Positions 17,001-26,113 of a DNA stretch of 34,320 bases are shown in pieces. Position numbers and translations under genes: made by a program. The DNA comes from Promethearchaeota archaeon. GTDB taxonomy: Archaea; Asgardarchaeota; Thorarchaeia; Thorarchaeales; Thorarchaeaceae. The stretch lies in NCBI GenBank assembly GCA_048939905.1, contig JBHLPB010000002.1, positions 1 through 34,320 on the forward strand. Direction: 5' to 3'. Under the pieces are notes generated by a model. It was not told where the DNA came from. It worked only from the letters and a program-made list of their open reading frames with translations, and did no database searches. Each line of letters opens with the position of its first letter. Position 1 is the first letter of the stretch.

Positions 17001-17294
17001 ATGGGTAAAGGTGGCAAAGCAGGCAAAGTACGAGCCAGTCACATTCTAGTGAAGAAGCACAGTCAGGCCCTCGAGATTATAAGTAGAATTCGAGAAGGAG
17101 AGGACTTCGCGTCAATGGCAAAGCATTCCAGCGATTGTCCTTCCAGGAAGAAGGGAGGAGATCTTGGGTGGTTCGGTAGGGGCCAAATGGTGAAGGAGTT
17201 CGAGAACGCTGCCTTCTCACTCAGTATTGGAGCTATGACTACAGACCCGGTCAAGACGGAGTTTGGTTACCACATAATAAAGAGAACAGGATGA
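17001..17294 (+). CDS. Parvulin-type peptidyl-prolyl cis-trans isomerase, Par14-like
   Basis: 'ASHILVKKH', '[21 protein letters not shown]' and '[15 protein letters not shown]' are present. The ATG at 17001 gives a short basic N-terminus, 'MGKGGKAGK'. Confidence 0.85.
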   Translation: MGKGGKAGKVRASHILVKKHSQALEIISRIREGEDFASMAKHSSDCPSRKKGGDLGWFGRGQMVKEFENAAFSLSIGAMTTDPVKTEFGYHIIKRTG

Positions 17295-17344
17295 GGACTG
17301 CTTGACCTCCGGAGAGTGAGGTGCGGAACTATGGAGTCCCGCAA

Positions 17345-18547
17345 CTACTCTGCAGAGTCTGAAGTGTCCTTGGAGATGCCTTTTGGAATGATTTCCTTTT
17401 CTGTGAAACGGGTTTCACACTTGCTTAGGACCTTTGGCAATGTGCTGTATTCCATACGATCAGATGAGAGACGGTGAAACTCGAATGGACCATGCTGACG
17501 CAGATAGTCGGCAATCTCCATCCCACGCTGCCTTGTGATGTCGAAAGCCACATCGTCGAAGAGGTCAACAGGGCCTACTAGCTCGCCATTGCTGACCTGG
17601 AAACCCAGACCAATGACGCGTGGAGGGCCATCGAATCGGGTACACCTTGAGTCCTTCAATGCAACTGGAAGCAATGGACCTGCGTGAGAACCACGCATCC
17701 ACCCTGCAACAAGGTGTGGAATCGTGAATGCCTCAAGCACTTCACCCATGGCCGGAAGACCGGAGTGTGCTCTGATAATCGCAACAGGGTCATCCTTCCC
17801 AACGTATTTCCCAGCCACAGCATGAAGCTTGTCTGTGCTCACTGATGCACACACCATACCATCGGCGCGGTAGACTTTCTTTATCGTGTAGGTTCCTGTG
17901 CTACCGAGAAGGGCCAGAACATCGTACATCTCTTCGGGACATTTCATCTCCACGAAACAAGGCACATCCTTCATGATGTCCTGAATGATGAACGTGAATC
18001 CATCATGCAGATTCGGATCAATTATCAGACCAGCCGTGTTGAACGGGTCAGCGAATATCTTGAACAATGGAAGATTGAACGCACCCGGTTCTGTCTTGTC
18101 TGCCATGAAGATGGCGAAAGGTTCCGACTTTCGCTCCTCGATAGTGATCTCCGCTGAGCCAGGACCAAGTCCCTTCACATTTCCACTAAAGGTGTCAGCC
18201 AGCATGTCCTGACCGGCTGCGTAGATCTTCTTCTTGCGGGCCAATTCAGTGCCTTTCATGAATGTGTCCCAAGCAAGGCGATGGACTTCCTCATTGTTCT
18301 CACCCTTGTCATGGGTCATTATTAGCTCTAGATCGTCGCCAGCATTGGTGACATAGAAGTCCTTGATGATCTTCTTGTCAACTGCGGCCTTCATCTCCTT
18401 CCTCGCAAGCTCAAACAGGAAGTCAGGTACTACGACATGGCCGGCAAGTGAGCCGATGTCGGCTTTAATCACGCTAAGGGTTGTTTCAACCAAGCTTATC
18501 TCGCTCCTTTCCAAGATTGTTGTGAGAGCAGCGTTACGCCCTCGCAC
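17345..18547 (-). CDS. fbp: Bifunctional fructose-1,6-bisphosphate aldolase/phosphatase (class V FBPase)
   Basis: The N-terminal signature 'TTLSVIKADIGS' is present and the body is family-length. The ORF opens at the GTG at 18547. A TTG at 18493, preceded about 10 nt upstream by GAAAGGAG, would give 'MVETTLSVIKADIGS', which is closer to the usual N-terminus. Confidence 0.9.
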   Translation of the reverse strand: MRGRNAALTTILERSEISLVETTLSVIKADIGSLAGHVVVPDFLFELARKEMKAAVDKKIIKDFYVTNAGDDLELIMTHDKGENNEEVHRLAWDTFMKGTELARKKKIYAAGQDMLADTFSGNVKGLGPGSAEITIEERKSEPFAIFMADKTEPGAFNLPLFKIFADPFNTAGLIIDPNLHDGFTFIIQDIMKDVPCFVEMKCPEEMYDVLALLGSTGTYTIKKVYRADGMVCASVSTDKLHAVAGKYVGKDDPVAIIRAHSGLPAMGEVLEAFTIPHLVAGWMRGSHAGPLLPVALKDSRCTRFDGPPRVIGLGFQVSNGELVGPVDLFDDVAFDITRQRGMEIADYLRQHGPFEFHRLSSDRMEYSTLPKVLSKCETRFTEKEIIPKGISKDTSDSAE

Positions 18548-18731
18548 GGGACAGCAGGCCCCAGGGTATGTGTTTTAGGTCTTTCGGAAACCGAATCCCG
18601 AGCAAACCGCAACTATTCTATGAATGTATAATAGTCTGTTGGTCTGGAACCGGAGGGCAATACCCACATCTTCGCTCAAGCGATGTCCGAAACTGAAATA
18701 GCCTAGTTCTCCAGTGCCTACCTGACCAACA

Positions 18732-19559
18732 ATGCCGAGAGATACCGTTTCTGCTCGACGCCCTACAACACCTGACCGCAAGCAGTACCACATTGAGGTC
18801 AAGAAAGGTGATGTTGCAGAGTCCGTACTTCTTCCCGGTGACCCTCAGCGCGTCGCCAAGATCAGTTCCGGGTGGGACTCCTTCAATGAAGTAGCATCGC
18901 ACCGTCAATATGTGACACATACAGGCATCTACAAGGGAGTGCCCATCTCAGCCTGTTCTACCGGAATTGGCGGACCTGGAACTGCAATCGCTATCGAAGA
19001 ACTAGCCAATGTGGGCGTTCGTAACTTCATTAGAGTGGGGTCATGTGCCACCTTGAAGGAGCATATAGAGATAGGAGACCTGATAATATCCACAGCAGGC
19101 GTGAGGCTCGAAGGCACAAGCAAGCAGTATGTTCGCCCGGAGTACCCGGCTGCTGCCTCGTATGAGATTATCATGGCACTTGTGGAAGCGGCGGACACGC
19201 TTGGTGTGAAGTATCATCTAGGCATATCAGCATCCACGGACTCGTTCTATCTCGGGCAATCTCGGCCAGGTTTCAACGACTATACGCAGAGCTTCAGTCA
19301 AACCTTAGTCGCAGATCTAACCAAGGCAAACGTAGCGAATTTTGAGATGGAGGCGGCCACCCTCTTCACTCTGGCAAACATCTATGGTTTCAGATCTGGT
19401 GCCGTCTGCGCCGTCTACGCAAATAGGGTGAAGGATGAGTTTGCAGTGAAAGGAGAGAAGGATGTCATCAGATGTGGAAATGAAGCCATAAAGATTCTAG
19501 CGGAACTAGACGAGGAGAAAGCTGGAAAGAAATACTGGCAGAGGAATCTGCGCAGATAA
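18732..19559 (+). CDS. PNP/UDP family-1 nucleoside phosphorylase (uridine-phosphorylase-like)
   Basis: 'VLLPGDPQRV', 'STGIGGPGTAIAIEEL', 'IRVGSCATL' and 'FEMEAATLF' are present. Substrate specificity cannot be read from the sequence. Confidence 0.8.
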   Translation: MPRDTVSARRPTTPDRKQYHIEVKKGDVAESVLLPGDPQRVAKISSGWDSFNEVASHRQYVTHTGIYKGVPISACSTGIGGPGTAIAIEELANVGVRNFIRVGSCATLKEHIEIGDLIISTAGVRLEGTSKQYVRPEYPAAASYEIIMALVEAADTLGVKYHLGISASTDSFYLGQSRPGFNDYTQSFSQTLVADLTKANVANFEMEAATLFTLANIYGFRSGAVCAVYANRVKDEFAVKGEKDVIRCGNEAIKILAELDEEKAGKKYWQRNLRR

Positions 19560-19575
19560 TGGGGAGAAGGGGAAC

Positions 19576-20400
19576 GTGGTGGAAATCATTAAGAAGTTCA
19601 AATCAGTCCATAATCCAGACATATCGTATGAGATGCCTCTTCAATTGATTCTGAGTCGGCCACTCAATGACATCGATCTGTTCATTGGATATCTTAATGA
19701 TCATCATCCTGAACTAACAGATTCCTTTTGTTTCATGCTTTGCTCAAAACTAGAGAGGATCACCAAAGACGTGATAGTTGAAACTGACATCTTCGAGTCT
19801 AAACCTGACAATCTAGAGAACTACCCGAGTCTTGAAGAGGTGTACAAGAGAGCAGTTCTGCAGGTGCTCGGGTACGAACGATATGCGTCAGATGTAATTG
19901 ATGGCAAGGCTATGTTTGCGTACAAAGACTACCTTCATTCATATCTCATTCCTGCGGCTTACATGGCAGAAACTACTGTAGAACTGCTTTCAAGAGAAGA
20001 GGGTCTTGAATTCTTTCGAAACTATGTCGACTACAAGACCGATCACGAAAAAGCGATTGAGGCACATGACAGTTTGGAGGCATTATTCGACCATCTCAAG
20101 TCGTCATCCACTGAGAGCCCTCAAGAGTGGTCGTTTTATTTCGGAAAGGATGGAGCAGTATATGCAAAGGTAGCAAGTTGTCTTTGGAGTGAGGTTCTGA
20201 AGGAGTTTGACTCCGAGATTGCATATGCTGTGGCATGCCATTTTGATTTCAATGCTGCAAAACACTACAATGAGAACTTTGTACTTACAAGAACCAAGAC
20301 AATAATGCAGGGAAACGAATACTGTGACTTTTGCTGGAGAGATACTCGACTCGGAAATGGAAGTCATCCCGATGATAGCTTTTGGGAAAAACTGGAGTAA
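19576..20400 (+). CDS. Hypothetical protein, possibly of the ATC-hydrolase-like (PF14196) family
   Basis: The 274-aa ORF has a GTG start preceded by GGGGAGAAGGGG. The C-terminal 'CLWSEV..AVACHFDFNAA..FVLTRTKTIMQGNEYCDFCW' resembles the conserved Cys/Asp block I recall for that family. This is a weak call. Confidence 0.4.
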   Translation: MVEIIKKFKSVHNPDISYEMPLQLILSRPLNDIDLFIGYLNDHHPELTDSFCFMLCSKLERITKDVIVETDIFESKPDNLENYPSLEEVYKRAVLQVLGYERYASDVIDGKAMFAYKDYLHSYLIPAAYMAETTVELLSREEGLEFFRNYVDYKTDHEKAIEAHDSLEALFDHLKSSSTESPQEWSFYFGKDGAVYAKVASCLWSEVLKEFDSEIAYAVACHFDFNAAKHYNENFVLTRTKTIMQGNEYCDFCWRDTRLGNGSHPDDSFWEKLE

Positions 20401-20406
20401 GCCTAC

Positions 20407-22221
20407 TTACCCTCCAACGTAGTAATACTCACCTGATGCCTTCTGTTGTGTATCAAGCCTAGAGCCATCTTTGTTTACTCTGGGCCTACCTGTCTGCGGG
20501 TCCCTTCTGAATGTGACACCCATTTGCCTGAGAAACGCGTTCATTCCATTCCTGAGTGTAGTTACAGATGAGGCAATGCCCTTCTTCCCCGGGACTCCAC
20601 CAAATACAACCATACTATCGCTCAGGTAATCGGCCATCAGAATAGAGTGTTCAACAACAAAGGCGGTACGCATCGATGTCTGAATCGTCTTTCGGATTGC
20701 ACGCGAGCTCTCCAGTCGTTGCTCAATGTCAAGAAATGCGGAGGGTTCGTCAAACAAGTAGATATCGGCGTCTTGAGCCAAGGTCCTTGCGATAGTTGCC
20801 CTCTGGAGTTCACCACCCGACAACTCCGAAATGTTATTGTCCAGCAGGTCTTCCAGGCCCAGTTTCCGAATAACCGAGGTCCTGAAATCAGCGCTATCAA
20901 CAGTGCTTCCCCCAGCCTCTCGCAGATACATTCGCATACTGCCGTCGTAGCTTGCATCAATGTACTGAGGCTTGTAGGCAACTTTCAGGTCGAATCCTGA
21001 GATGGTCTTCTTTGGGGCCTCACCCTCTTCTGGCTCAAGCTCTCCAGCAAGCATCCTCACAAAAGTCGTCTTGCCTATTCCGTTGGGGCCGAGAACACCA
21101 ATGATCTGCCCCCGAGTGACTCTTCCTCCCTTGACTTCTAGGGTGAAGTCCTCGAATTCCTTTCTCATTTCTCCGTACTCTAGCAGCGCCTCGGCACCGA
21201 TATACTCCTCATCTTCATCAGCCATACCCTTGAATGAAATTGCAGTGTCGCGGAACCGCATGTTCTCATCCGGGATATACCCATCGAGGAATATGTTGAC
21301 GCCGACCCTAGTGCCGTGGGGATGTGAAACGATGCCGTAGGTACCTGGGCCACCATAGAATATGCAAATCAAGTCGGAAACGTAGTCTAGCATAGAGAGG
21401 TCGTGTTCCACGACGACTACAGTTTTCCCCAGAGATGAGAGATGACGGACTGCACGTGCCATTCGTAGGCGCTCTCGTACGTCAAGGTAGGCTGTTGGCT
21501 CGTCAAAGAAGTAGAAGTCACCCTCGCGCACTATGGCTGCGGTCACGGCTACTCTCTGCAGTTCACCTCCGCTCAGGTACTTGATTGGACGGTCCCATAT
21601 CTCGTTGAGACTCATGTCCTCCTTTAATCCATTCAATCTGCCTGAGGAGTCAGCAGCCTCTAGTAGCTCGCTAATCGGTTTTTCCGCAACAGACTCTAGC
21701 TTCGGGAGGTCTGTAATGTTCTGTGGTTTGTGTACGGGAGCTATCGTGCCCTCTTGCATTCTCTCGAAAAATGGCTGCAGTTCGGATCCGCGATATTGCA
21801 GTATTATCTCCTGCCAGCTCGGAGGTTCTTCCAGATTGCCAAGGTTGGGCTGCAGTTCTCCGGCAAGGATTCTCAATGCGGTAGTCTTCCCAACACCGTT
21901 TGGACCTATGAGGCCCAGCACTTTTCCTTCCTTGGGGATAGGAAGACGGAACAACTTGAATCCGTTCACACTGTAACGATGGCTTGTGTCGGACTCGAGC
22001 TCCTCGGGAAGGTTGACTATGCTGATCACATGATAGGGGCATTTCTTGACACAAATCGCTTCACCGGAGCATAGAGCCTCCACTATGACTGGAGGCTTGT
22101 TTGGACCGTCCGGGAATATGACCGTTTCATCACCGGTCCTCACACGAGGACAGAATCTCTGACACTCGTGCGTACAGTCTTTTGGCCTGCATCGGGATTC
22201 GTCAATTACTGCAATGCGCAT
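20407..22221 (-). CDS. abcE1: ABCE1 / RNase L inhibitor, ribosome-recycling ABC ATPase
   Basis: The N-terminal two-cluster ferredoxin domain is 'CRPKDCTHECQRFCP' plus 'CSGEAICVKKCP'. There are two ABC cassettes: 'GPNGVGKTT' with 'LSGGELQRV', and 'GPNGIGKTT' with 'LSGGELQRA'. AGGTGATC (22224-22231, minus strand) is a strong Shine-Dalgarno motif. Confidence 0.95.
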   Translation of the reverse strand: MRIAVIDESRCRPKDCTHECQRFCPRVRTGDETVIFPDGPNKPPVIVEALCSGEAICVKKCPYHVISIVNLPEELESDTSHRYSVNGFKLFRLPIPKEGKVLGLIGPNGVGKTTALRILAGELQPNLGNLEEPPSWQEIILQYRGSELQPFFERMQEGTIAPVHKPQNITDLPKLESVAEKPISELLEAADSSGRLNGLKEDMSLNEIWDRPIKYLSGGELQRVAVTAAIVREGDFYFFDEPTAYLDVRERLRMARAVRHLSSLGKTVVVVEHDLSMLDYVSDLICIFYGGPGTYGIVSHPHGTRVGVNIFLDGYIPDENMRFRDTAISFKGMADEDEEYIGAEALLEYGEMRKEFEDFTLEVKGGRVTRGQIIGVLGPNGIGKTTFVRMLAGELEPEEGEAPKKTISGFDLKVAYKPQYIDASYDGSMRMYLREAGGSTVDSADFRTSVIRKLGLEDLLDNNISELSGGELQRATIARTLAQDADIYLFDEPSAFLDIEQRLESSRAIRKTIQTSMRTAFVVEHSILMADYLSDSMVVFGGVPGKKGIASSVTTLRNGMNAFLRQMGVTFRRDPQTGRPRVNKDGSRLDTQQKASGEYYYVGG

Positions 22222-22815
22222 GTGATCACCTAGGCTCTTCTGGGGTGATGAGGGTCAGTCCAATGGACCGTATTTAGGGCTTTGGCTCTGGACTGTGAAG
22301 GACTCGAAGTTGGAGCGTATGAAAAACCTTTAGAACCAAGACATCGATTAGTGAAGTGATTATGAAGATAGTAGACCGCATTCTGGGCATTTTCAGCAAG
22401 AGGCGCCGCCTTCTCCTTGGTGCCGTTCAACAGCCAGATGATCTCTCGTCTTATATCCTGCAGATTAGAGCAAGAGTATACTTCAGGCTCACAGGCAAGT
22501 ATCTTACTCAACCAAGCTCGCAATTGACTGATTCTGAAGGGTCTTCAAGCGACATCTCTGACAGAGTATCCAGAGTTCGTAGAATCGCTCGCAGAAACGC
22601 ATAACAGCATTGATATGACACAATTGGGCCTTTCTTGCTGGGATGATGATGAAGTAGGGATGGCGAGCGCCTCATCAGCGTGATGAACCGATAAACCGCA
22701 ATCTGACCACTTTATCGCATAACCAGACAGTGCTACTCGCGACTATTCATCCTGAGCGTCTGTCGCGTGACAGTTCGAGTTAAGAAGGAAATCCAGTGAC
22801 GGAGACAAGAGTACC

Positions 22816-23226
22816 TTGATAGCTATTGATTGCGCTCGATTCTGTGGTGATGGAAGAGCCTGTTGCACAGAAACAGAGATGACGCTCACCCACGAGGATG
22901 CAAAGAGAATCACTGCTCTCGGTTACTCGAAGAGCGATTACCTTGTGAGAGTCACAGCAGGATTCTGTGAGTTGAAGAACGTAGACGGCCATTGCTTCTT
23001 TTACGATTCGGACAGTATGATGTGCAAGATATATGAAGCGCGACCAGATGGGTGCCGATGGTATCCAGTCATCTATGATGCAAGGAAGCGGAAGTGTATA
23101 GTAGACGACGAATGTCCAGCTGCAGGCACAGTGGCAAGAAATAGAGTCAGGAAAGTGAGTCATAAGGTGAGAAGACTCGTCGAGAGCCTAAGACAGGAGG
23201 CCGCTCATGGTGAGAGCCCGTGCTGA
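22816..23226 (+). CDS. YkgJ-family (UPF0153, CxxCxxCC) cysteine-cluster protein
   Basis: 'CARFCGDGRACC' sits at the N-terminus, followed by 'GHCFFYD..MCKIYEARPDGCRWYP'. The start is TTG, with GGAG about 10 nt upstream. Confidence 0.7.
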   Translation: MIAIDCARFCGDGRACCTETEMTLTHEDAKRITALGYSKSDYLVRVTAGFCELKNVDGHCFFYDSDSMMCKIYEARPDGCRWYPVIYDARKRKCIVDDECPAAGTVARNRVRKVSHKVRRLVESLRQEAAHGESPC

Positions 23227-24064
23227 CCTTCATACTCACTCTGCATACTCAGATGGCAGCGACACACCTGCCGTTCTGGTGAGAAAGGCAGAGGAGATGG
23301 AGCTTGGGGGGATTGCACTCACAGATCATGATACGATAGAAGGCCTCAAGGATTTCATGGATGCGGCCTCGGGTGCGAATCTGATTGGGGTTCCGGGAGT
23401 AGAAATCAGTACTGAAGAAGACGACAAAGAGGTCCATGTCCTAGGATACTTCGTTCCACTTAATTCCGAGAAGCTGCGAGATAGGCTTGAGACTCTCTCC
23501 ACAGCCAGAGAAGTCAGGTTCCCAAAGATGGTTGAGAAGCTTAGGAAACTAGGGATTGAGGTCACACAGAAAGAGGTCGATGAGGTTCTTCATGGAGTTG
23601 AGAGCCCGGGGCGTCCTCATCTAGCTAGACTTCTTGTGCGCATGGGAGCCGTGAAAGATACGACTGAGGCTTTCAGATTGTACCTCGGAAACGGGAAACC
23701 GGCATATGTCAAGAAAGAAAGAATGGGAACGGTGGAGGCTATCAGACTTCTCAGATCGGTCGGAGGAGTCCCCGTAATAGCGCACCCCTTGACAATTGAA
23801 ACCCCAGACCTCCGAGGGTTCATCGAGAAGCTCCAAAAGGCGGGGGCCGTGGGCGTAGAGGTTGAATACGACTACGTTACGGTTGGAATTGCTGGAACGC
23901 CAGAGGACGTAAGGGCAACGATTCAAGGCCTTGGTTTCATTGAAACTGGAGGGAGCGACTATCACGGTGACATAGCTATGGCAAGACTAGGAGCCGCCAC
24001 TGTGGATGTCGAAACGATTGAGAGGTTGAGGAAGGCGGCGGAACTCATTGTTTCGGAAGGCTAA
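23207..24064 (+). CDS. PHP-domain metal-dependent phosphoesterase (TrpH/YciV-like)
   Basis: 'ADLHTHSAYSDGSDTP', 'ALTDHDT', 'VIAHP' and 'GGSDYHG' are present. The ATG overlaps the upstream ORF by 20 nt. Confidence 0.85.
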   Translation: MVRARADLHTHSAYSDGSDTPAVLVRKAEEMELGGIALTDHDTIEGLKDFMDAASGANLIGVPGVEISTEEDDKEVHVLGYFVPLNSEKLRDRLETLSTAREVRFPKMVEKLRKLGIEVTQKEVDEVLHGVESPGRPHLARLLVRMGAVKDTTEAFRLYLGNGKPAYVKKERMGTVEAIRLLRSVGGVPVIAHPLTIETPDLRGFIEKLQKAGAVGVEVEYDYVTVGIAGTPEDVRATIQGLGFIETGGSDYHGDIAMARLGAATVDVETIERLRKAAELIVSEG

Positions 24065-24082
24065 TCTGACACCGAAGCCAGG

Positions 24083-25009
24083 GTGCGGCCGTGTGATGCT
24101 CTTTTGCGAGTTATTGATGCCCATGTGCATACGTGGACCAGGGACATAATCAGTAGGCAGGATCTCGAGGCGCGTCGCATTGCCGCTGAGAGAGAAGGGA
24201 CAGAGCCACAGCTCGATTCGCCAATTGAGGACTTGAGAGCGGCCATGGCCAACGCGGGTATAGAGAAAGCCGTAATCTTGCCTATCGATAGCGGGCTCAA
24301 TCAAGACATGCCGCTAGGCCTCACACAGAAGACTGATTGGCACGCCAATGAGGTGAGTGGGGACTCCGACATCATTACATTCGTAGGTCTGGACCCTAGG
24401 AGAGGAGAAGAAGGTCTCGCAGAACTTGAGAGGGCCGTGACGGAGAAGGGATGTCGCGGATGGAAGATATATCCACCAAACGGCTTCTATCCAGACGAGA
24501 TGGAGTTCTATCCATACTATGAACTATGCACCAAGCTGGAGATTCCTGTAGTGGTTCATACTGGCTTCACATCAAGGTTCAAGCACATCAAATACGGACA
24601 GCCAATCTACATTGACAAGGTCGCAGCAGACTTTCCGAAACTCAAGATCGTGGTTGCGCATGTTGGAGTTCCCTGGGTGGACGAGGCAATTACAGTAGCC
24701 GCAAAGAATCCTAACGTTTCGGTGGATGTGTCGGGGTGGCAGGCGTTCGCGTCCAGAATGCCTCACAAAGTCTACAGGATGGTTGCAGATGCGAAGCTGA
24801 TGCGCGTCTTTCCAAATAGGATGCTGTGGGGAAGTGATTTTCCACTCTTTGAGTATGCTATGCCCTTAGAGCAGTGGTCGGCATTCTTCGCAAACCTTCA
24901 GATTCCTCAGGCATTTCTTGACATGGGATACTCCCAGGTTGCAAAGGACGAGATCGAGGTTGTCATGTGGAAGAACGCGGCACGACTCTTCTTCGGTGAA
25001 AAGCCATGA
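24083..25009 (+). CDS. Amidohydrolase_2-family (PF04909-like) TIM-barrel metal hydrolase
   Basis: 'IDAHVHTW', 'VVVHTGF', 'IVVAHVGVPW' and 'LWGSDFP' are present. The start is GTG. Confidence 0.8.
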   Translation: MRPCDALLRVIDAHVHTWTRDIISRQDLEARRIAAEREGTEPQLDSPIEDLRAAMANAGIEKAVILPIDSGLNQDMPLGLTQKTDWHANEVSGDSDIITFVGLDPRRGEEGLAELERAVTEKGCRGWKIYPPNGFYPDEMEFYPYYELCTKLEIPVVVHTGFTSRFKHIKYGQPIYIDKVAADFPKLKIVVAHVGVPWVDEAITVAAKNPNVSVDVSGWQAFASRMPHKVYRMVADAKLMRVFPNRMLWGSDFPLFEYAMPLEQWSAFFANLQIPQAFLDMGYSQVAKDEIEVVMWKNAARLFFGEKP

Positions 25010-25491
25010 CCAGATTCGTGGTTGATGCCATGTTGGGCAGGCTGTCACTTTGGCTCAGACTGGCAGGGTTTGACACGCTGTACTCCACTGAAATGCATGA
25101 TGATGAACTTCTGGCGATTGCCAAGGAGGAGAAACGCGTTCTGCTAACTTCAGACGAGAAACTCCACAACAGAGCAATAGTGGGAGCTCTTGAATCGATG
25201 CTGCTCAGAGGCAGTGTGGACGAGAGGGTCATCAGAGTCTTTTGTGAGTTCGACATTCCTCCCAGAATTGACCCTTCGAAATCGCGTTGTTCAAAATGCA
25301 ATGGCGAGTTGACCGAGGTTGGGCCTGAAGATAAGGAAAGGGTGAGAGGCCTCGTCTTTGAAGAGACCCTCAAACACTATGATAGATTCTGGCTCTGTAA
25401 TAGCTGCGAGAGTGTCTTCTTTCAGGGAGGACAGTGGCTGAACATTCAGAGATATATGGAGAAGATAGAGCGCCTAATGCATGAGAGTTGA
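25006..25491 (+). CDS. Mut7-C (DUF82) PIN-like nuclease domain with zinc ribbon
   Basis: 'RFVVDAMLGRLSLWLRLAGFDT' and 'VLLTSD' are present, together with the Cys pairs 'CSKCNGEL' and 'CNSCESVF'. The start overlaps the upstream stop as ATGA (25006-25009). Confidence 0.8.
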   Translation: MTRFVVDAMLGRLSLWLRLAGFDTLYSTEMHDDELLAIAKEEKRVLLTSDEKLHNRAIVGALESMLLRGSVDERVIRVFCEFDIPPRIDPSKSRCSKCNGELTEVGPEDKERVRGLVFEETLKHYDRFWLCNSCESVFFQGGQWLNIQRYMEKIERLMHES

Positions 25492-25508
25492 ATACAGAGT
25501 CTGCGGCG

Positions 25509-25964
25509 TTATGATGTCTCTCTCACTTTGACTTCGTACTCTACAGGGATGCAGCTGGTGATTAAACGAGTGAGATGGCAATACTCCTTCATCAAATCGG
25601 AGCATCTTTCCCCGACATCAATCTCACCTTGAGCAACTACGATCTCTCCCTGAACCTTCACTCGGACAATCTTGTATCCAGTCCCATCGAACTTGGCTGT
25701 GGCCTGCCCATCTAACTCAAGCGACAAGAGCTTAATCTCAAAGCGTCTTTGAAAGTCCAAGAATGTATTGTTAAGACAACCTAGGATTGCAGACACAAAC
25801 AATTCGTCTGGGCATATTCCCTCTCCTCTACCACCGTAGGTCGTCGGGGTGTCTATCACGACCTTCCGATTGTCAGTCACGTAAGCAGTGCATCCTGTTT
25901 CACCATCCCACACGCTCTTCGCATGATAGTCGATGACTTCAGGGTATCTTGACTTCGGCTTCAT
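25509..25964 (-). CDS. OsmC/Ohr-family protein
   Basis: 'GGRGEGICPDELFVSAILGCL' and the C-terminal 'EYCHLTR' supply the two family Cys. I prefer the ATG at 25964 ('MKPKSRY'), which is preceded by GGGGAG. The ORF is open to 26069. Confidence 0.75.
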   Translation of the reverse strand: MKPKSRYPEVIDYHAKSVWDGETGCTAYVTDNRKVVIDTPTTYGGRGEGICPDELFVSAILGCLNNTFLDFQRRFEIKLLSLELDGQATAKFDGTGYKIVRVKVQGEIVVAQGEIDVGERCSDLMKEYCHLTRLITSCIPVEYEVKVRETS

Positions 25965-26113
25965 CTGGGGACTCCCCAATGTCGGGCCTCGAGAGGCCCC
26001 GATTAAGGTCTTCCGGTCGGAATTGATGCGGCTAGGGAGGCAATCAATTGATTGGCCGCGTGTCAGCAAGCCATTTAAACCGGCCAGCCATTGACTTCGC
26101 GGAGTCTGGACCG

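Noticed and set aside
20637-22074. Multiple 110-150-aa ORFs on both strands within ABCE1
   Set aside because: All are nested in the unambiguous 604-aa ABCE1 reading frame. Their translations are low-complexity or Ser/Pro-rich.
22230-22604. ORFs 22230-22523 (minus, 97 aa) and 22356-22604 (plus, 82 aa)
   Set aside because: The two ORFs overlap each other. The minus ORF has a TTG start, no internal Met, a Ser/Pro/His-rich tail, and contains the likely ABCE1 TATA box. The plus ORF is Arg/Ser-rich with no recognisable fold pattern. I cannot support either as a gene from sequence alone.
22643-22706. Possible archaeal C/D-box sRNA: ATGATGA, then GTGATGA, then CTGA
   Set aside because: No recognisable D' box (CUGA) lies about 12 nt after the C box. 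The C'-to-D spacer is 16 nt rather than the usual roughly 12, and the terminal stem is weak. I kept it only as part of the intergenic-region finding.
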